This document shows, one piece after another, positions 61,106-64,000 of a stretch of 64,000 bases of DNA; the first letter of the stretch is position 1, and each line of letters begins with the position of its first letter. Source of the DNA: Rhynchopus sp. YZ270_cl-10. Taxonomy: Eukaryota. The DNA lies in contig OZ037833.1 of the NCBI GenBank assembly GCA_964035575.1, positions 992,001-1,056,000 on the forward strand, given 5' to 3'. Under the pieces are notes generated by a model. It did no database searches. It was not told the DNA's origin and saw only the letters and a program-made list of their open reading frames with translations. A program made the position numbers and the translations under genes.

Positions 61106-61835
61106 GTGCTAAGTCACTTTGAAAAAAAAATATTTTAAAAAAGAAAAACTGGGCTTTGCTTGTGAGATCAAAGACCGCAGGATTTGTTTTTTTGGATAAC
61201 TGGCACCTTGCCGGAACACTTACCCTCCCCCATTCCCTCGTTTTCTCGAAATTCTTCCTTGGTCACGACCCATATTTTTTTTTTACAGTTTTTAAAGGAG
61301 CAATCATTTGACACCTATCTGGAGTAAAGTGATTGAGAACTCTTTTTTGTTTTTTTCTCAAATTGTTGCTCGAAGACCCGGGGAAGTAGGGGGATAGGGC
61401 CATCCCCGCCTGCCTCGGATGCTGTGTGGGGAGGGGAAAATAGAAAAAAAATGAAAAAATGAAGGAAAAAAAAAATGGAAAAGTTTGTAAGATGAACCTA
61501 AGTTTCGAGTGCTTAGTCACCTTGAACGAATAGGATCAGGACGTTCTACACAAAGAGGCAGTGTCCGACACGTTGTTGGTATTTTTAACTTTTTTGCCTC
61601 TTTTTTTTTTTTGCTTTTTTTTGTTGGGAGGGGAAAATAAAGAAAGAAATAAGATTTAAAAAAAGGTTTATAAGATGAACCTAAGCCTCTTTGTGCTTAG
61701 TCACCTTGAGGGGGAAAAAAAAAGGAGAACAAGCCCATCTCACCCACCCATCCCACCCCTTATTCTTTCGTTCTCGTTTATGAACAACAAAAAAAAAACC
61801 ATTGTTAAAACATACACCAAAAAGGCCCCCAAAGA

Positions 61836-62030
61836 TGTTTTTTTTTTTTTGTTTTGTATTTTTTTGTATTTTTTTTTCAATTTTTTGTATTTTTTTTTTT
61901 GTTTTTTGTGTTTTTTTTGTATTTTTTTTGTTGTTTTTTGTTTTGTACTTTTTTTGTTGTTTTTTTTTGTGTTTTTTGTTTTTTGCACTTTTTTTTTTGT
62001 TGTTTTTTGTGTTTTACTTTTTTTTTTTTG
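61836..62030. repeat. T-rich low-complexity tract
   Basis: Degenerate (GTTTTT)n. Confidence 0.85.
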
Positions 62031-62440
62031 GAAAATTGGTACAGATCTCAAAATAAAAAAATGGTTGGAATCATGTTTATTTGCTGATTTGTGTGTGCAG
62101 TTACCACTTTTCCTATTTTTTGGTACACACACCCACACATTTTTTTTTGGACAAACCGCAACACAGCAGCCTCCCCCTTCCTTTCCCCACAGTGTTTTTC
62201 GTCCCTGCAGTTCTGTGGATTAACCCACCCTTCCCTTACCCACAGTGCTCTGTACTACCTACACCTAGTTTTTTTTTTTTTTTGGCCCATTCTTATGAGC
62301 GCACAAATAAGTCCAGCCTTTTTCCCCTCCCCCTTTTTTGTTTTTTGTTCGACACGCGAGTAGGACATCTCAAGCGAAGGGTGGGCTTGGAGTGGATATA
62401 TTCTGTGGCTGCACATGATTTTTCCCCCCCAAAATTTTTC

Positions 62441-62475
<35 letters not shown>

Positions 62476-62564
62476 ACAGGATTGTCTCGACACTATATCC
62501 TTCCCTCGAAACGTTGCTATTTTCAGGAAACATTAATGTAGGGGAGGAGCTGGTACGGGATGTA

Positions 62565-62680
62565 CACGACGGTGAAGGAAATGACTTGCCTTGTGGTTTT
62601 CCTTGTGGTTTTCACCGTTGGCTTACAACAGTGAAAATCACAAGTAAACCACAAGGCAAGTCATTTACTTCACCGTCGTG
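62565..62680. mobile_element. 116-bp palindromic TA-flanked MITE; a degraded relative lies at ~25993-26068
   Basis: TA-CACGACGGTGAAG..CTTCACCGTCGTG-TA, near-perfect fold-back over the full length. Confidence 0.85.
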
Positions 62681-63030
62681 TAGGGGGGTTATATGAGTAT
62701 TTGAAGGTGTGTGAATCACGGCGAAAAAAAACCCAAAACTGTGTGGGTGAAGGGGGTCCACCTAGATAGGGCTTCAACTACCACACAATCATCAGCAAAA
62801 GACAAAAAGAGGGGGGATTGTGGGGGGGTTTTATAAGATGAACCTAAGCCTCTCTGCCACTTAGTTGCCCTAAACAAACAACTGTTTTTAGAATCCGCTC
62901 TTTTTTTTTTTTTGTTGACTTTTTTTTTTTATTGTGTCGACAATCGCCTAAGGACCCTCTTAGGGAACCCTTGCGTCTTTTTTTTAAAATTATTGATGCC
63001 TTTTTCGTCATCAGAGAGAAGTCAAATGAC

Positions 63031-63306
63031 TTAGTTCAGATCAGCTTCGGGTGCCTTGTGACCCTTCGAGATGACGAGGGGTCCAAGCTGTTCGATCACG
63101 GAGTGGAAGAAATGGTGGAAGTCAAGAGCATCGCCACGGCCTCTTCTGAGCTCGACAAGCGTCCATTTAGGGGTCATCAGAGGATAGCAGTTCACGATGT
63201 AGGTCACGAGACCCCGGCTTGCGTTGGCAAAGCCCTTGATCTCGACAGCGTTGCCGGTCTTTCGCTTGGGGTTCCCCTTCAGCACCTCAAGGGCATCGAT
63301 GACAGC
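63031..63306 (-). CDS. Terminal exon of a CIPK/SNF1-related kinase (C-terminal KA1-like domain); the rest lies upstream, probably beyond the window
   Basis: Acceptor cccttccag; WTLVELRRGRGDALDFHHFF resembles the CIPK C-terminal VEVRKxxGDTLEFHKFY. Confidence 0.65.
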   Translation of the reverse strand, partial: AVIDALEVLKGNPKRKTGNAVEIKGFANASRGLVTYIVNCYPLMTPKWTLVELRRGRGDALDFHHFFHSVIEQLGPLVISKGHKAPEADLN

Positions 63307-63811
63307 CTGGAAGGGGGTGATGGTGGTGGTGGTAGAAAACAACGAAAACAAAAAAAAAAAAAGAAAACAAAAGAAACCGTTGGGTAAAGATGAGACCAAG
63401 CCTTCCGTGTTTGGTCACGTTAGTGTGTTAAAAAAGAGGGAAATATAATCTGACAGAATATGACGAATAAAAAGAAAGCAACTTGGTGTGGCCGAACGGG
63501 GGGGTGCGATAAAGTGCTATTTTGGGGTCGTCAGCCACACCAACAAAGGGAAAAATAAGTATTGTTTTTCGTTTATCGCTCTGCAAAATTCTCGCCGTAT
63601 GAGTTGTGTTGAGATGAGGTAAAACAAAAATACTGAAATGAAAAAACAATTTGCAGACACGGGTTCGACACGTTGGCAGACCTGCTTGCATTTGTTTTTG
63701 CTTACAACCTCCCCTTTTCTCTTTTGCGCTGAGGAAGCTCCTTTCCCGCGGGGAGTACTTAGGACAGGATCTTCACCCTCTCCAAAAACATCGTAATCCT
63801 TGCGGGGGGAA

Positions 63812-64000
63812 AACGAGGTGTTTGCGAAACTCCGGGGGGAGGACGTGTTCGTGATGCTGGATGGTGCCACCTGCTCACACAGGACGTACCTGGGGTTGGG
63901 ATGATCCACGACCACGTGGCATACTTCCTCGACTACGTCGAGATCAAGGGGGCGAACGATGCGGAAGCCATCGGCGTCACCATCAGGGGGGTCTTCAGCA
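63812..64000 (+). pseudogene. Frameshifted hAT-like transposase fragment
   Basis: NEVFAKLRGEDVFVMLDGATCSHRTYLGLG / MIHDHVAYFLDYVEIKGANDAEAIGVTIRGVFS resembles the first catalytic-Asp region of hAT transposases; frameshift near 63900. Confidence 0.5.

Overview
Eukaryotic nuclear DNA, most consistent with a euglenozoan such as a diplonemid (inference: all host genes share one strand, introns are GT-AG, and the gene content fits). About 11 protein-coding genes lie on the minus strand: a cold-shock-domain Q/P-rich protein, a VLRF1 (Vms1/ANKZF1-type) protein, a PDZ-domain protein, a 3-exon phospholipase/carboxylesterase, mitochondrial uL11m, a PPR-like protein, a ubiquitin-like+LRR protein, two near-identical secreted CUB-mucin-WD40 genes, a small 2-exon gene, and the last exon of a CIPK/SNF1-like kinase. 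Introns and intergenic DNA are full of non-autonomous DNA transposons whose ends and target-site duplications (TSDs) can be read directly. These include eight hAT-type elements (CAG..CTG ends, 8-bp TSD), several TA-inserted elements (three nested inside each other), a 6-bp-TSD CAC element, a foldback element, and a 6.7-kb 7-bp-TSD element carrying a two-part 51-bp satellite. There are also two LSU rRNA fragments and a hAT transposase remnant. The least explained signal is at least seven families of 40-75 nt hairpin repeats, almost all in one orientation, set in A/T runs and lacking TIRs. No database search was possible, so product calls rest on motif recognition and spliced models are manual.
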